DNA from: Octopus vulgaris
Taxonomy: Eukaryota
DNA length: 64,000 nucleotides
Direction: 5' to 3'
NCBI GenBank assembly: GCA_951406725.2
Contig: OX597821.1
Span: 109,926,001 to 109,990,000, forward strand
Shown here: piece after piece, positions 27,900-42,525 of the stretch
Numbering within the stretch: the stretch's first letter is position 1
How the letters are laid out: the number at the start of each line of letters is the position of its first letter
Translations under genes and position numbers: made by a program
Notes under the pieces: generated by a model
The model's database searches: none
Seen by the model: only the letters and a program-made list of their open reading frames with translations
What the model was told of the DNA's origin: nothing

Positions 27900-28440
27900 G
27901 TGTCAGGTCACTTTCGAGTGTTACTGGTAACATGTAACCCAGAACATGGTCGGGTCATCGGCGACTAAACCGGCAACCGCACCAAGCTTGCTTGGTGAGG
28001 AGGGTGTTTATTGGACACCCTGCGGGATGAAAAACAAAACCCGTCAAAGGGCGGAGGAACTCTTGAGATTCAACGGCCATCCAATAAATGTCTTAAGGCT
28101 GTATCATGTGCGGGGATATAGAAATAATCGGACTGAATACCCGATCTCGCGGTTAAACAATTGGGAGTGAAGGACTCCAAGCCTTTGTTAGGGCATCCTT
28201 CTAGAAGGTAACTCTGGTAACTGGGATAACTCCGACATAAAACCTGCGGCTCAGTGATTACCGATGATGTTGACTTGTTCTTCTTTTCGGATTATGGCTG
28301 CTGTTGCTTAGTGAGTGAGATTGACTCAGTGCACAGCCTTTCCTCACTTTAAAAAAATTTTCTTGCACAGGTATTGCACGATAACAACATTGATTAAGCT
28401 TCGTGCAATGGCCATACTCGATAACGTGGGGGCGGCCACC
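27900..28440 (+). mobile_element. GC-richer repeat resembling an RTE 5' UTR-derived non-autonomous element
   Basis: Sharp boundaries with microsatellites; motif GGGCATCCTTCTAGAAGGTAACTCT..ATAAAACCTG resembles RTE 5' UTRs; single copy in window. Confidence 0.4.
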
Positions 28441-29391
28441 ATATATATATATATATACATGCGTATATGGTTACTGGACGTCACCAACAGTAAACACCTT
28501 GAAATATGAAAACAAATGAGTTAAACACGCAAACAATGAGAAAAAATAGAAAACACGACAATTAATACAAAGAATACAAAGAGCGACCCTCCATAAGTTG
28601 TCGGCTGTCTGTCTACTCCCCATTTCGAGCAATCAACGACAATATGAGTCTTCGAAGACAGTTGCTCCCATAAATACCAAAATAAAATTTTGGATTTATA
28701 GAGGGTCAAAGTTGGGAACAAAACAGGACAGTGGAGACATACAAGGAAACCGAACGAAAACAAACATGGAGGGTCGTTAGGCCAGAACGAGGGGGTGGAA
28801 ATAGTGAACGCTGAGAGAAATATTTTCTTTGAAAAGAGAAAAGATAGAGGAAAGAGATAGGAGACGTCCAGTCCTTAGAACGTCCGTGCAGGATAAGAAA
28901 GATGGTCACGTGAGGTAAAGAAATATGGACGTTGGTCGCGTGTGAGCAACGAGAGAGAGAGAGAAAAAAAAAGAGAAAGAGGAGGAGAAGCAGAAAGAAA
29001 AATGTGAAAAGGAGAAAAAGGGAATTAGAGAAGGATGGGGGAGAAACAATATAGAGTAGAGTCGCATCAAATAGGTTAAGATAAACTTACTTGGAAATGG
29101 ATGCGTGATAGATCCAATCCCCCTTTCGATCGGGGAGGGGGGGATGTTGACCTGCTCGCCTAACCAGCGAGGTGGCGTCATTTGAAGGCTAAAACAATGC
29201 AAAAGCGCATTGTGACCAGCGATGTGTAACAACATCTGATAGCCTGGTCGGTCTCGTGATCACCTGACGTATGGAAAGGCGATACTCCAGCATGGCCTTC
29301 TGTTTTGGATGAAGTTAGTAAACGATAAAAAGATACATAGACATCAGTGTATGCGTAAAAGTACATATACATGCATATATATGTATTTGTT

Positions 29392-29772
29392 TGTATGTAT
29401 GTATGTATGAATGTATGTATGGATGAATGGATGGATGGATGGATGGATGGATGGATGGATGTACGTATGTATGTATGTATGTATGTATGTACGTACGTAT
29501 GTATGTATGTATGTATGTATGTATGTATGGATGGATGGATGGATGGATGGATGGATGGATGGATGGACGTATGTATGTATGTATGTATGTATGTATGTAT
29601 GGATGGATGGATGGATGGATGGATGGACGTATGTATGTATGTATGTATGTATGTATGTATGTATGTATGTATGTATGTATGTATGGATGGATGGATGGAT
29701 GTACGTATGTATGTATGTATGTATGTATGTATGTATGTATGTATGTATGTATGTATGTATGTATGCATGTAT
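29392..29772. repeat. (GTAT)n/(GGAT)n compound microsatellite
   Basis: Directly visible. Confidence 0.95.
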
Positions 29773-29774
29773 TT

Positions 29775-30163
29775 GTGAAGCTGTGGAAAATGAGGGAGTG
29801 TTGCTTTTTATGTGTGTGATTTGTGGAAGGAAATGCTTGAGTCATGCAGGTCTGGTGAGCCACCAGAGACCTCACAGGAACCAACTCCTTGTAAATTGTG
29901 ATACGGCTATTGTTGACAACAGAATATGTGCAACCTGCAGAAAGGTGTGCCTTTCAGTTGAAGGATTGGAAAAAAGCATGTCAAAAGACTTCATAAGGTG
30001 GCACCTGGTCCCTCTGCCAGCCGGCACAGCTGTGCATTATACAATAGAATCTTTGGCTGGGTTCAAGAGTCATACAAGGGACTCTCACTGCACTATCAAT
30101 GACTCGTTTCAATGATTCTTTCAAGCAATGGCTCTGCCCGTATGCAAAGAAAGCACAGCTACT
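29775..30163 (+). mobile_element. LINE (RTE-like) C-terminal C2H2 zinc-finger remnant
   Basis: [21 protein letters not shown], then degenerate CATCRKVC and LAGFKSH; embedded between microsatellites. Confidence 0.6.
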
Positions 30164-30552
30164 ATGTATTTGTGTGTGTGTGTGTGCGTGTGTGTATGTG
30201 TGTGTGTGTGTATGTATGTGTGTATGTGTGTGTCTGTCTGTCTGTCACGTAAAGGGATAGATAAATCGAAACATGCACATATACATACCTGCATACATAT
30301 ATACATACATACATGCATACATACATACATACATACATACATACATACATACATACATACATACATACATACATACATACATACATACATCTGATATGAA
30401 TTTTTCGGAACAAAAAGCTGTTGGAAAACCGATTATAGCAGTGACTCCATCTAAGAATATCTGAAGAAGGAATTTATTCCGAAATATCATATCAGACTAT
30501 GGATGACTAAATTACAACAGGTATATAATCCATTTTTTGTATTATAATGCAT

Positions 30553-30590
<38 letters not shown>

Positions 30591-31017
30591 TTTCAGCAAA
30601 ATTTAGATTCAAATGAATGTGGTACTTAAATTAGATGCACCAGAATTTTGTACGGTGTTATCCATATAAATCCATGGGGTGATTACAATCAAAATAAGCA
30701 ACAAGAATATCTTTTTATGAGTGTGATTCTTGTTGCTTATTTTGAGTATATCGCCATGTTGATTCGCTAGCTTCTGCACGCATTTTTTTCTCTCCTTGTT
30801 TCTTTCCGTGTTTCTTTTCTGTGTATCTTTCTGTTGAAGAGCGTAGGCTCGAAACGTAAAAGACTTGTTTTATTTATATTCCGGAGCGCCATACTAATAC
30901 AATTGTTTGTTTGTATTCCACCTGCCTTCGTCTTTTGTTTATTTTCATAAAGCTTCCCGTTATACTTATGTGTGTACGCACACACACACACACACACACG
31001 CACACACACACACACAC

Positions 31018-31093
<76 letters not shown>

Positions 31094-31869
31094 GATGTAC
31101 GCGAAGGTTTTCCTGTCTCGCATAAGACGTAGAAAGGCTGCGACCAGTAATCGAAACAGGGTCTCCGGTTCAGCTCAATACTACTTAGTTCTGCATGTCT
31201 GTCGAAGAATTTACTGCCACTTCGCTTTGCTTACAATGGTATGGATATAACAGAGCAAAACAAAGAAAGAGGAAGAGAGGAGATTAACAATGCTGGCTCT
31301 TCTTTGCATGCCGGATCCGAATGACCGGTTCCATTCCGTTGTCTGTCTCTCACTCTGGGACGTATATTTTATTTGCTTGACTGCGATTTAAAATACAAGC
31401 GGAAGCGGAAACATCCGTATTTTCACCTGTCTCTCTATCTCTCTCTCTTTTTCTCTTTCTATCTTTCGTTGTGATAAATAAAATGTAACATTTTTACATT
31501 CCCCTCAGCCGCCAATTGTGTTTTTCACTACTTTGTGATAGTTTCGAGTTGATTTCTACACAAAGATGCAGAGACAGAAATGATGCGTGACCTATATAAT
31601 TACTTTAACATTTCCCATCCTGCGATGATATCTTTCCGGATTGAATGAAGTGAGGAAGTGATGAACAATTTCTTAGTTATCGAGAAGAGATAGTAATAGG
31701 TTTGTTTCAAATGCGTAGAAGAGGGTTCAAATCAGAGTGACTGCACTAGATTTCTTTTTACAGTCAATAATATTGATTTTTAAGAAGAAATACGAATTGA
31801 AAAACCTCTGTGGCTAAAAAGTGTAATCGATAACATTGCTACCAGTAATAAGCTGACCATGCAATTAGT

Positions 31870-32800
31870 TCAGCAAGCCAACGCCCCAACTAGCCAACTA
31901 ACTAATCAGCTATGGAACCAACTAGCCAACTAACCAATCAGGCAATAAACTGACAGGTCAACCAGACAAGAAAGCAATAAGCCAAAAAGTGAACTAGCCA
32001 ACAATGCAACCAGCCAATCAGCGAACAGAGAAGTTAACTAGCCAAAAAACCCAAAGGCTAATCAGCCAGCAAGCCAACAAAGCAATTAGCTAACAAACAA
32101 CTAGCGAACAAACTACACAAGCCAACCTGCTACAAAGGTTACTAGCCAACAAATAAGTGAACTATCCAACAGGCTAACCAGCACGCCAACAAGCCAACCA
32201 GCCAATAAGCCAACCAGCCATCAAGCCAACAAACCAATAAGCCAACTAGGCAACAAAGCAAGTAGCTAACAAGCCAAAAGACCAAGAAACTTACAAGCCA
32301 ACTAGTTAACAATCCTACCGACCAATCATCTAACCAGTCAACTAATCAACTGGCCAACAACCCATCAAAATAACTATTTAACAAGCCAACCAGCCAACCC
32401 ACCAAGAAACAGACAAGTTAACTAGCCATCTAGCTAAGAAACCAACCATCCAAAAGAAAAGACGAAAACTAACCAGCCAAGCTAACTAGCCAAGAAATCA
32501 ACGAACCCACTAGCTAACAAGCTTACCAGCCTAATAGCCAATCAGTTACCCGGACAATGAATCAAAAGGCCAATAAGCCAGCAAGGCAACTATCGAACAA
32601 ACCAATAAACCAACTAGATAACATGCTTGCCAGCCAATCAACCAGCAGACTGACAAGTCAACTAGCCAACAAAACAACAAACCAACAAGCCAACAAGGAA
32701 ACCAACCAACAAACTAAAAAGCCAACCAACTAACCGTTCATTGGATCAACCAGTCAACCCGTCAATAAACCAGCCAATAAACTAGCCAGCCAACACACCA
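31870..32800. repeat. Degenerate A/C-rich tetramer-based satellite (AGCC/AACC/AACT/AACA)
   Basis: Recurrent AACTAGCCAAC / AAGCCAACC motifs over ~900 bp; strong strand asymmetry. Confidence 0.75.
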
Positions 32801-33069
32801 GTCACACCTTTTGTAAACGAGACATTCCAACTGATTAAGTCCACTTAATTAACGTAACACCCAGATAATTATTATTCTACGTTGATTAACCTTCTCACAC
32901 ACGCCTTACTTTTCATTCACATTTTTCCATTTGGTTTTCTTTATTTCTTCACCGTGAGAAATAACTGTCCTTGTGTATTGAGGGAATAAAGAAAAACATG
33001 GTCCTGTAGTAACATCTGGCGATTGCTTGACAGTGTGTACGTGTGTAGGTATGCGTATGTATATCCGTG

Positions 33070-33110
<41 letters not shown>

Positions 33111-33237
33111 GAGATACAGGGAGAGTTAAATGGTTAAAATAGAGAAAGTAATAAGAGCTAGTGGGTAGTCGTTGGAGAAGTTCTAAAAAAAGGTCATTAT
33201 TGAGCTGTTGTCATCGTTGTTGCTCCTGCTGTTGCTG

Positions 33238-33610
33238 TTGAGCGAAGCGGTCTTCGTCCCAGAGCTCACAAGACGGGAGAAGTCCGAAACGTGGCCCTTT
33301 GCTATTCGTAAGACTCGCAGAAGAGAAAGCAGATCGACCCCCGACACCGAGAGCATCGACGGATGGATGAAGGAGCATCCAGGCTCAGCGGTTGCGTAGG
33401 AAGTCGGGGACATGAAACAGGAAGAAAGAGTGAGAGAAAGTCGGAGCGAAAGAGTACAAAAGGAGTCGCCACTACCCCCTGCCGGAGCCTCGTGGAGCTT
33501 TAGGTTTTTTTTCGCTCAATAAACACACACAACGCCCATTCTGGGAATCGAAACCGCGATCCTTCGACCGCGAGTCCGCTTCCCTAACCATTGGGCCATT
33601 GCGCCTCCAC
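33238..33610 (-). mobile_element. SINE family B, tail type 1
   Basis: Reverse-complement homology to 23921-24266. Confidence 0.9.
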
Positions 33611-33983
33611 TGTTGCTGCTGCTCATGCTGTTGCTGTTTTTGTTTAACACCAGGTCAAACCTGATCGAGCAGACAGATGATCAATGCATCTAGCCGTGTC
33701 CATTTCATGTTTCATTCAGACATTCTATAGCTTGGGGCATATTATCAGCGTATTCTTTTTCCCCACTCTTTTACTCTTTTACTAGATTGTGGCCATGCTG
33801 AAGAACATTTTAGTACCGGTTACAGCCTTTGCGACTTTTTCAAGAGTACAGCACAAAAAAACAATTTCTTTTCATGCTGTATTCTAAGTTGAAAAAGTCG
33901 AAAAGTAAGTCTGTAACCGGTACTAAAATGTTCTTCAGGATAAAATTATTTTAGCTTTTTCTACCTTGTTTTATTTTCCTCAC

Positions 33984-34085
<102 letters not shown>

Positions 34086-34351
34086 ATGTATGTATGTGTG
34101 GATGTATGTATGTAAGTATGTATATGTACAGAATGATGTCTAAGTATGATATAATATCTATATATGATATGTTCATAATGATACCTATATATGAGTATAT
34201 ATGTACATAATGATATATATACATATGCATATATATATAATTATACACACACACACACACTCACTCATATATATATATATATATATAAGCACAAACATAT
34301 GTGTAACTCACATACTAACACACATATACATAATCCATACAAAGATGCATA

Positions 34352-34385
<34 letters not shown>

Positions 34386-35065
34386 TATATATATATATAT
34401 GTATGTATGTACTGTATATGTATATATATATATGTCTGTGTGTGTGTGTGTGTCTATTTATATAAATACATATGTATATACATACATGCATAGATAGATT
34501 CATAGTAACCTAAACCACAGACATTGAGGTGTGTCTCAACAGACATCCTACCAATTGCATTCAGACATGAAGTCCTTTATTATGTCTGTCAACACGTCCT
34601 TGCAATTTACGAAACCCACTCTCTTTCCTTTTAAACTCAATTCTCTTCCTAACCACAATCTTGTTGATGTCTAATCTGTTATCTACGCTCATGTAATCAC
34701 ACAGAATGTCCTTAGTGACCTTAATGAATGCGGGGTTGGGGCGAACGCATGCCTGCGTGTGATGGGGGCGGCGCGAGTTTATAATTGATAATATGGCGGA
34801 CGAATTTTTAGCATATATTTGCAATTGTAATAACATGCCATTGTGTCTATCCCACCGGTGGAAATTTGTGTATATATGTGTGTGTGTATTTCTGTGTGGA
34901 CGGGGTGCAGTGTTTGCGTGTGTACACGCTCGCATTTTTTTGTTCCGGACATAACTTCTCAAAATTATTTCACATTCATGAAAAAAATTTCTTTTCTGTT
35001 TTTGCGTATGTGCATATGTATGTAGGTATCTAGGCATATATGTATACACACCCACCCACGCACAT

Positions 35066-35476
<411 letters not shown>

Positions 35477-35685
35477 ATTTACTTTATTGGCCACACAGGG
35501 CTGAAACAGAGGTGATAAATACAAATGTAGAGTCTTTCGTTTCGAAAATGAAACACAAAAAGGAGAAAGAATGGGAAAAAAAGTTCGTTTAAAAGGGGGA
35601 AAAAAGACGATCAAAAGTTTACTGCACCTATAGACTTGCATATACATTGATATGTCTTTCTCTTTTTCTTTTTCGTCCCTATCAC

Positions 35686-35763
<78 letters not shown>

Positions 35764-35767
<4 letters not shown>

Positions 35768-38370
35768 TATTATTTTCAATAGTTTTTATAGCTTGCTTTC
35801 ACTTCACTACCGAGCGCAGCTCTGTGTGCCTTGGGTATGTGCTGTGATTTGTTGTGATGCTCTGATGGTTATTGTATGGAAAGTGTTCTGCGTAGGATGT
35901 GTGCAGTGCCTAGTAGTGCAATTTTCTGTATGTTATATGTGTTTGTAAGTCCTGGTGTTTTTGTTATGTATTTGTCTGAATATTTTTTATCATGCCTAAT
36001 GCACCTACTATGATAGGAATTGTTTCTGTTTTTAGATTCCACATTCTGGTTACCTCTATTTCCAGGTCTTTGTATTTTGAAAGTTTCTCCAATTCTTTTA
36101 GAGACACGTTGTCATCTGCCGGTATTGATACATCAATTAGAAAGCATTTGTTTTCTTCATGATCTCTGACAACTATATCTGGTCTGTTGGCCTTAATTTC
36201 TCTATCTGTTTGTATCGGCATATCCCAGAGTATTGTTGCTTTCTCGTTTTCTGTGACCTTTTCTGGTATGTGCCTATACCATCTTTTTTCTGTTGTTATT
36301 CCATAATGTTGGCATAGCTTCCAATGTAAGTAGGTCCCAACTCTGTCATGTCTATGAATATATTCCTTCTTAGCCAGGACTGGGCAGCCAGAGATAATAT
36401 GATTTATTGTTTCTTGTCCATCTCCACATATTCTGCAGTTACTTGTTATATTCCTTTTCATTACATGTTTTTGGTAATTTCTGGTGGGGAGGCTTTGGTC
36501 TTGTGCTGCAATCAAAATCCCTCTGTCTCTGCTTTGAGTCCTGAGCTTCTCAACCATTGCTGGGATTTTTCTTTGTCTACTTCTTTTGCATTTAGTTTAG
36601 TCCAGTATTTACCATGAAGGGGCTTTTCTTGCCATCGTTTTATCATGGCTCTTTGCTGTTCTAGTTTTAGTTTGGATTTCATTTGTTTTATAGCTTTTGT
36701 TGTTTCTTCTTCTTCTTCTTCTTCTTCTTCTTCTTCTTCTTCTTCTTCTTCTTCTTCTTCTTCTTCTTCTTCTTCTTCTTCTTCTTCTTCTTCTTCTTCA
36801 TATTTGTTAGGTGGTATGATTTCTTGTTTGTATTTGTCAGCTATTTGTCAGCTAAGTAGATATTTTTGCAGTCCTATGGTGGTTATTTTATAGTAGTTTC
36901 CCAGCTGTATAAGGCCGCTACTACCTTCTATACGTTGTATATATAGTCTTTCTATGTCAGATTTTGGGTGATGCATCCTAGATCCTGTCATTATTTTTCT
37001 TGTTTTCCTATCTATTTTGGTCAGTTCATTTAGTGTCTAGTTAAGGATATTGTAGCTGTAACTTATAACTGGGACAGCTAAAGTGTTAATACCTATTATC
37101 TTGTTTTTAGCATTGAGCTCTGTTTTTAGCATTGATCTAACTCGTCTATGATATTCTTTTTTTATTTTCTCTTTCATTTCTGTGTGTTTTGTCTTATCTA
37201 GTTCATGGATTCCTAAGTATTTGTAAGTTTGGATTTGGTCTAATTCTTTTATTTCATTGGTTTTATCTAGTGTGATGTTGCTACTCTTAACTAGTTTTCC
37301 TCTTTTCAGGGTTACTTTGGCGCATTTTTCTAATCCAAATTTCATATTTATTTCTTTGGTAAATCCACGAACTGTCTTTAATAGTGTTTCCAGCTGTTTG
37401 TCATTTGCAGCGTATAGTTTTAGGTCATCCATATATAAAAGGTGGCTGATCGTTTTGCCGTAACATTTATATCCGCATCCAGTTCTATTTAGCATATCAG
37501 ATAGAGGTGACAGTGCCAAGCAGAATAGGAGTGGAGGGAGCGTGTCTCCCTGGAATATTCCTCTTCTAATGGGGATAGCTTTGGTTTTCATGAGTCCCTC
37601 TTTTGTTTGGAACTGTAGCACTGTTTGTCATTTATTCATAGAGTGTCCTATGTATTTTATAATTGTTGGTGCTACTTTGTTAATGGCTAGTGTTTCGAGG
37701 ATCCATGTGTGGGGGATGCTATCAAATGCCTTTTTGTAGTCGATCCAGGCCATACTGAGGCCTTTCTTCTTTCTGTGGCTGTCTTCAGTTATGGCTTTAT
37801 TGATTATTAGTTGATCTTTACAGCCATATGAGCCTTTGCGGCATCATTTCTGCTCTTCTGGAAACAGGTTGTTTTCGTCCGGGTGCTTGTTCAATCTTTG
37901 CGATATCACTGCAGTAAATGCCTTGTACATTGTAGGTAGACAGGTTAAAGGTCTGTAGTTTTCTGGTTTTGCTGTCTCATTTGATTTGGGAATTAAGATG
38001 GTTTTCCCCTTCGTGAGCCATTCAGGCATTGTCTCTGGCTCTGCTATTATGTTGTTAAAGTTTTCAGCCAGCTTTTTGTGCATTCCTGTTAGATATTTCA
38101 ACCAGAAGTTGGGGATCTTGTCATGTCCAGGTGCCTTCCAGTTGCTTAGTCTTTGCAGTGCCTGGGTGACCTCTTCAGTTGTTATGGGGTCCAAAGTTGC
38201 TCAGATGCTGAGTTTGTTGTTTTAATAGTCCTTTTGTTTTTTGGTTGTTCGTTCGCCGACCATATTTCTCCCCAGAATTCTTCCAATTCTTCTGCCGTTG
38301 GTGCTGCAGTGATTTCTATTTTATTTTTGCCAAGTTCTTGATAGAACTTTTTGGGGTTGGAGTTGAAAAT
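35764..38370 (-). mobile_element. R4/Dong-type non-LTR retrotransposon (RT + CCHC + restriction-like endonuclease), degenerate
   Basis: ORF pieces 37844-38194 (NWKAPGHD, ENYRPLTCLPTMYK), 37037-37621 (RRGIFQGD, SHLLYMDDLKLYA) and 35964-36557 (CRICGDGQETINHIISGC, RHD, RPDIV..IDVS). 3' end abuts (TAA)n at 35686-35763; internal (CTT)n expansion at ~36705-36798. Confidence 0.92.
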
Positions 38371-38469
38371 TTAATGAAAATTTAATGTTTATTGAGTAGT
38401 AATAGAAATGGCTGTAAGTGAAGATGACCAGTTTACTGCTAATAATAAGCAATTATTAACTTCAGAATC

Positions 38470-38548
<79 letters not shown>

Positions 38549-38558
38549 CTCTCTCTCT

Positions 38559-38595
<37 letters not shown>

Positions 38596-38697
38596 GTTAA
38601 TCCAAACATGAAAACACAAAGAGAAAACACAACAACGCGAGGACGTGGGACAAGTATAGTGTTGTTGGACGCTCAGGAAAAGAAAGAAATAAGGAGG

Positions 38698-38732
38698 ATT
38701 TAACGTTTCAAGCGGAGCTCTTCGTCAGAAAC
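38698..38732 (-). ncRNA. Minimal type I hammerhead motif
   Basis: GUUU-CUGACGA-A-GAGC(ucc)GCUU-GAAA-C-GUU|AAAU; core intact, with wobble pairs. Confidence 0.7.
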
Positions 38733-38798
38733 ATAGGAATAGGAAAGATGCAAAGAAGGAAAGACGCAGGAAAAAACTCGCCAACGGTACACACGCGG

Positions 38799-38853
<55 letters not shown>

Positions 38854-38860
38854 TATATAG

Positions 38861-38897
<37 letters not shown>

Positions 38898-39473
38898 TAG
38901 ATAGATAGATAGATAGAGAGATATCGATAGAGAGAGAGGGTGTGTGTGTGTGTGTGAAAATGTCCTTTATATAGGTGAAGAAGTGTGTACATATATGTAT
39001 AGATGTATCAGCGATTTTGTGCGGACATGCCTAAATACCCATACAGACACCATATGCAAATACAACTCTAATAAACATAACCATGCATTTCTATACGCAT
39101 GCCCGCACACACATTCACACACGTAGTTTCGTTACCATATTATTTTTTTCAAGTTCTTTTTTTTTTCCGGACTATTTTAATAAAACATGTCATAACCTGG
39201 AGTGATTTATAATTATAATTTATTCGTTGAGTGTTTTCAGAGAACAAGAATTGACTTGGACAAACTTGCGCGTGTGTGTGTGCGTGTGTGTTTGTGTAGT
39301 AATAAAAATTGTATGAACAGCTAAGTGGAATAGCTCTGTTTTGCTGTCCATGCGAGTTTTATTACCACACACACACAAATACACACACACATACACACGC
39401 GCACACACACACACACGCGCGTATACATTCACTTGCATATATATATATATATGTATATATATATATGTGTGTG

Positions 39474-39783
39474 TGGAGGCGCAATGGCCGAGTGGTTAGG
39501 GCAGAGGACTCGCGGTCGTAGGATTGCGATTTCGATTCCCAGACCGGGCGTTGTGAGTGTTTATTGAGCGAAAACACCTTAAAAGCTCCACGAGGCTCCG
39601 GCAGGGGGGGTGGTGATCCCTGCTGTACTCTTTCACCACAACTTTCTCTCACTCTTTCTTCTGTTGGCCTGCTTGCTTAGCCAGCGGGGTGGCGTCATTC
39701 GAAGGCTAAAACAATGCGAACGCATTGTGACCAGCGATGTGTAACAACATCTGATGGTCTGGTCGGTCACGTGATCATGTGAT
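39474..39783 (+). mobile_element. SINE family B head with tail type 2
   Basis: Same first ~185 bp as family B, different 3' part (also seen alone at ~29146-29268). Confidence 0.85.
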
Positions 39784-39874
39784 ATATATATATATATGTA
39801 AACATACCTTATTTTATGTTATGGATGATAAAAAAAAAACCTCGCTTTACAGCCACGTTTGTTTCAGTCTCAGT

Positions 39875-39980
39875 CCAACTTTGCGGCATTTACGCAAAGG
39901 GCTTCTACTATGGCACCGATCACGCCATGTGTGTGTGTGCGTGTGTGTGCGTATGTGTGCGTGTGTGTGCATGTGGTGCA

Positions 39981-40012
<32 letters not shown>

Positions 40013-40057
40013 CACGTGCGCGAGTGTGTGTGTTGTGTGTTTGCATGTGTGTGGGTG

Positions 40058-40092
<35 letters not shown>

Positions 40093-40267
40093 TGTACATG
40101 TCCCCCCCACCCAACATCGCTTGACAGCCTATGTTGGTATCTTTATGTCCTCGTAACCTAGCGGTTCGGCAAAAGAGACCTATAGAATAAGTACAAGGCT
40201 TACAAAGAATAAGTCTTGGGGTCGATTTGCTCGACTACAGTCGGTGCTCCAACATGGCCGCAGTCAA
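39875..40267 (+). mobile_element. SINE family A, degenerate head
   Basis: Clear 3' half at 40090-40267. Confidence 0.7.
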
Positions 40268-40489
40268 GTGAGTGTGTATGTGTGTACTTGTGTGTGTGCT
40301 TGTGTTTGTGAGTGTGTGTGTGTGAGTGTCTGTGTGAGTGTGTATATACACGGATAGATGGATGGTTGCAGTGATTGGAGAGAGAGAAGGATGGAGGGAA
40401 GTAGGCACAATCGATGTATATGTACATTGGATGTAGATACACAGAATGGTAGACAAATGCCTCGACAGATGTGTTTGTGCCATTGTATG

Positions 40490-40541
<52 letters not shown>

Positions 40542-40582
40542 CATACTTACATACATACATACGTACGTACGTACATACATAC

Positions 40583-40628
<46 letters not shown>

Positions 40629-40708
40629 CATACATACTTACATACATACGTACGTACATACATACATATATATATATATATATACATACATACTTACAGA
40701 CATACATA

Positions 40709-40772
<64 letters not shown>

Positions 40773-41704
40773 CATATATATATACTTACCCGCTTGCGTT
40801 CGCAATTAACAAACATGTTGCTACTCAAGACTAATTACACACCATCCTTAATCCAACCCAGCTGCCCTAACAGTGCACATACTTTAGGAGGGCCTTGAAT
40901 ATTTAAAGTGTATTTGGAAACAATGAACGTCCTTGGTAGACTAACAACAAAAAATAATCAGACGTTTACACAGTGCTACATCCATCAGACTTCTTTGTAT
41001 GTTACAGTCTGGAAGCCCAACGGCACTCCCTGCCATTCGTACACGCTTCGAGATTGCTGAGAGATTGATAAGGTTAGCGTTTAGTTTGAAGATCCTTGTT
41101 TTAATTAACGTACGATTCGGGTTGTCGTTTCAGAGGTTTGCGATCTCGTGACTAAAGTTTGAGGGATGTGGCCAGTGCAGGACTTGATATGCAATGCAAA
41201 GTAGAATGACACGATGAGAAGAGTCGATCGCATCATGGGCGTAAGTGCTTATGCTTCTATGCTGCCATGCAACAACCTTGCTTAGAAGAGCTATGCTCAT
41301 AGTGACATCAAGAGAAGAGATACAAAGTGGCGTTACCTTCTTGAGTAAGAAGCTTTATTTTAAGTTGCTTTAATCTACCAGGCAAGGGCTTGTGGCCCTG
41401 CTTCTCTCTCCCGCTTTCTCTCTCTCTTTGTCTTTCTTTCCCTTTCCTTTTCTCCCTCTCTCCGTCTTTATCCCCCTATTTCCTTCCATTTCTCCCCTTT
41501 CTCTCACTCCCTCTGATTTATTTTCTCTTACTCCTTCTCTCGCCCTCCCATTCTCTCTCTCTCTTTTTCTCCCTGTCTTTCTTTTCCTTTCCCTTTTCCC
41601 TCTCTCTCTGTCTTTCTCCCGCTCTCTCTCTCCCCCCTCTCTCTCTCTCCATGCTGGTTTAATGTTGGGTCAAATGAAAAGAAAATCGCATATATATTTT
41701 TATT

Positions 41705-41895
41705 TTTTCCTATCTTTTTCATTCATTCGACTGTGGCCATGCTGGGGCATCGCCTTTAAATAATTTTTAATCGAATGAATTAACCCCAGTACTTGATATT
41801 TTAAAACCTATTACTTATTCTATCGATCTCTGTGCCTAGCTGCTAAACACACCAATATCGGGTGTCAAACGGTGGTGGGGGACAAACACAGAAAG

Positions 41896-41938
<43 letters not shown>

Positions 41939-42090
41939 CGAGAGGTTTCTTTCAGTTTCCGTCTACTAAATCCATTCACAAGGCTTTGGTCGATCCAAGG
42001 TTATAGTAGAAGACACTTGCCCAAGGTGCCATGCAATGGGACTGAACCCCGAATCATGCAGTTGGGAAACAAGATTCTAACCACACAGGC
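41705..42090 (-). mobile_element. SINE family A
   Basis: Homology to family A consensus. Confidence 0.85.
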
Positions 42091-42302
42091 ACATTTCTCC
42101 GGTCATTTCATCATGTTAATCCTAACACATTGTTTTCTCTCTCCGTTATTTTTTTGTTTTGTTCCCTCCCATTTTTCCCCACTCATCCCTTTCTGTCAAA
42201 GAGCGTATTCTGAACTCAGAACGAAAAAGACAGACGAAATACCACCAAGCATTTCGCCCGGCGTGCTAACGTTTCTGCTAGCTCGCCGCCTGACTGATAC
42301 TG

Positions 42303-42357
<55 letters not shown>

Positions 42358-42377
42358 CACATATAAATGTTGTATAT

Positions 42378-42449
<72 letters not shown>

Positions 42450-42465
42450 AATATGTATATATCTG

Positions 42466-42525
<60 letters not shown>

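Noticed and set aside
29810-29990. Host C2H2 zinc-finger gene
   Set aside because: No TGEKP linkers, degenerate second finger; the pattern matches LINE C-terminal fingers.
34561-34840. Minus-strand open frame in non-repetitive sequence
   Set aside because: No motif recognised and no convincing splice signals.
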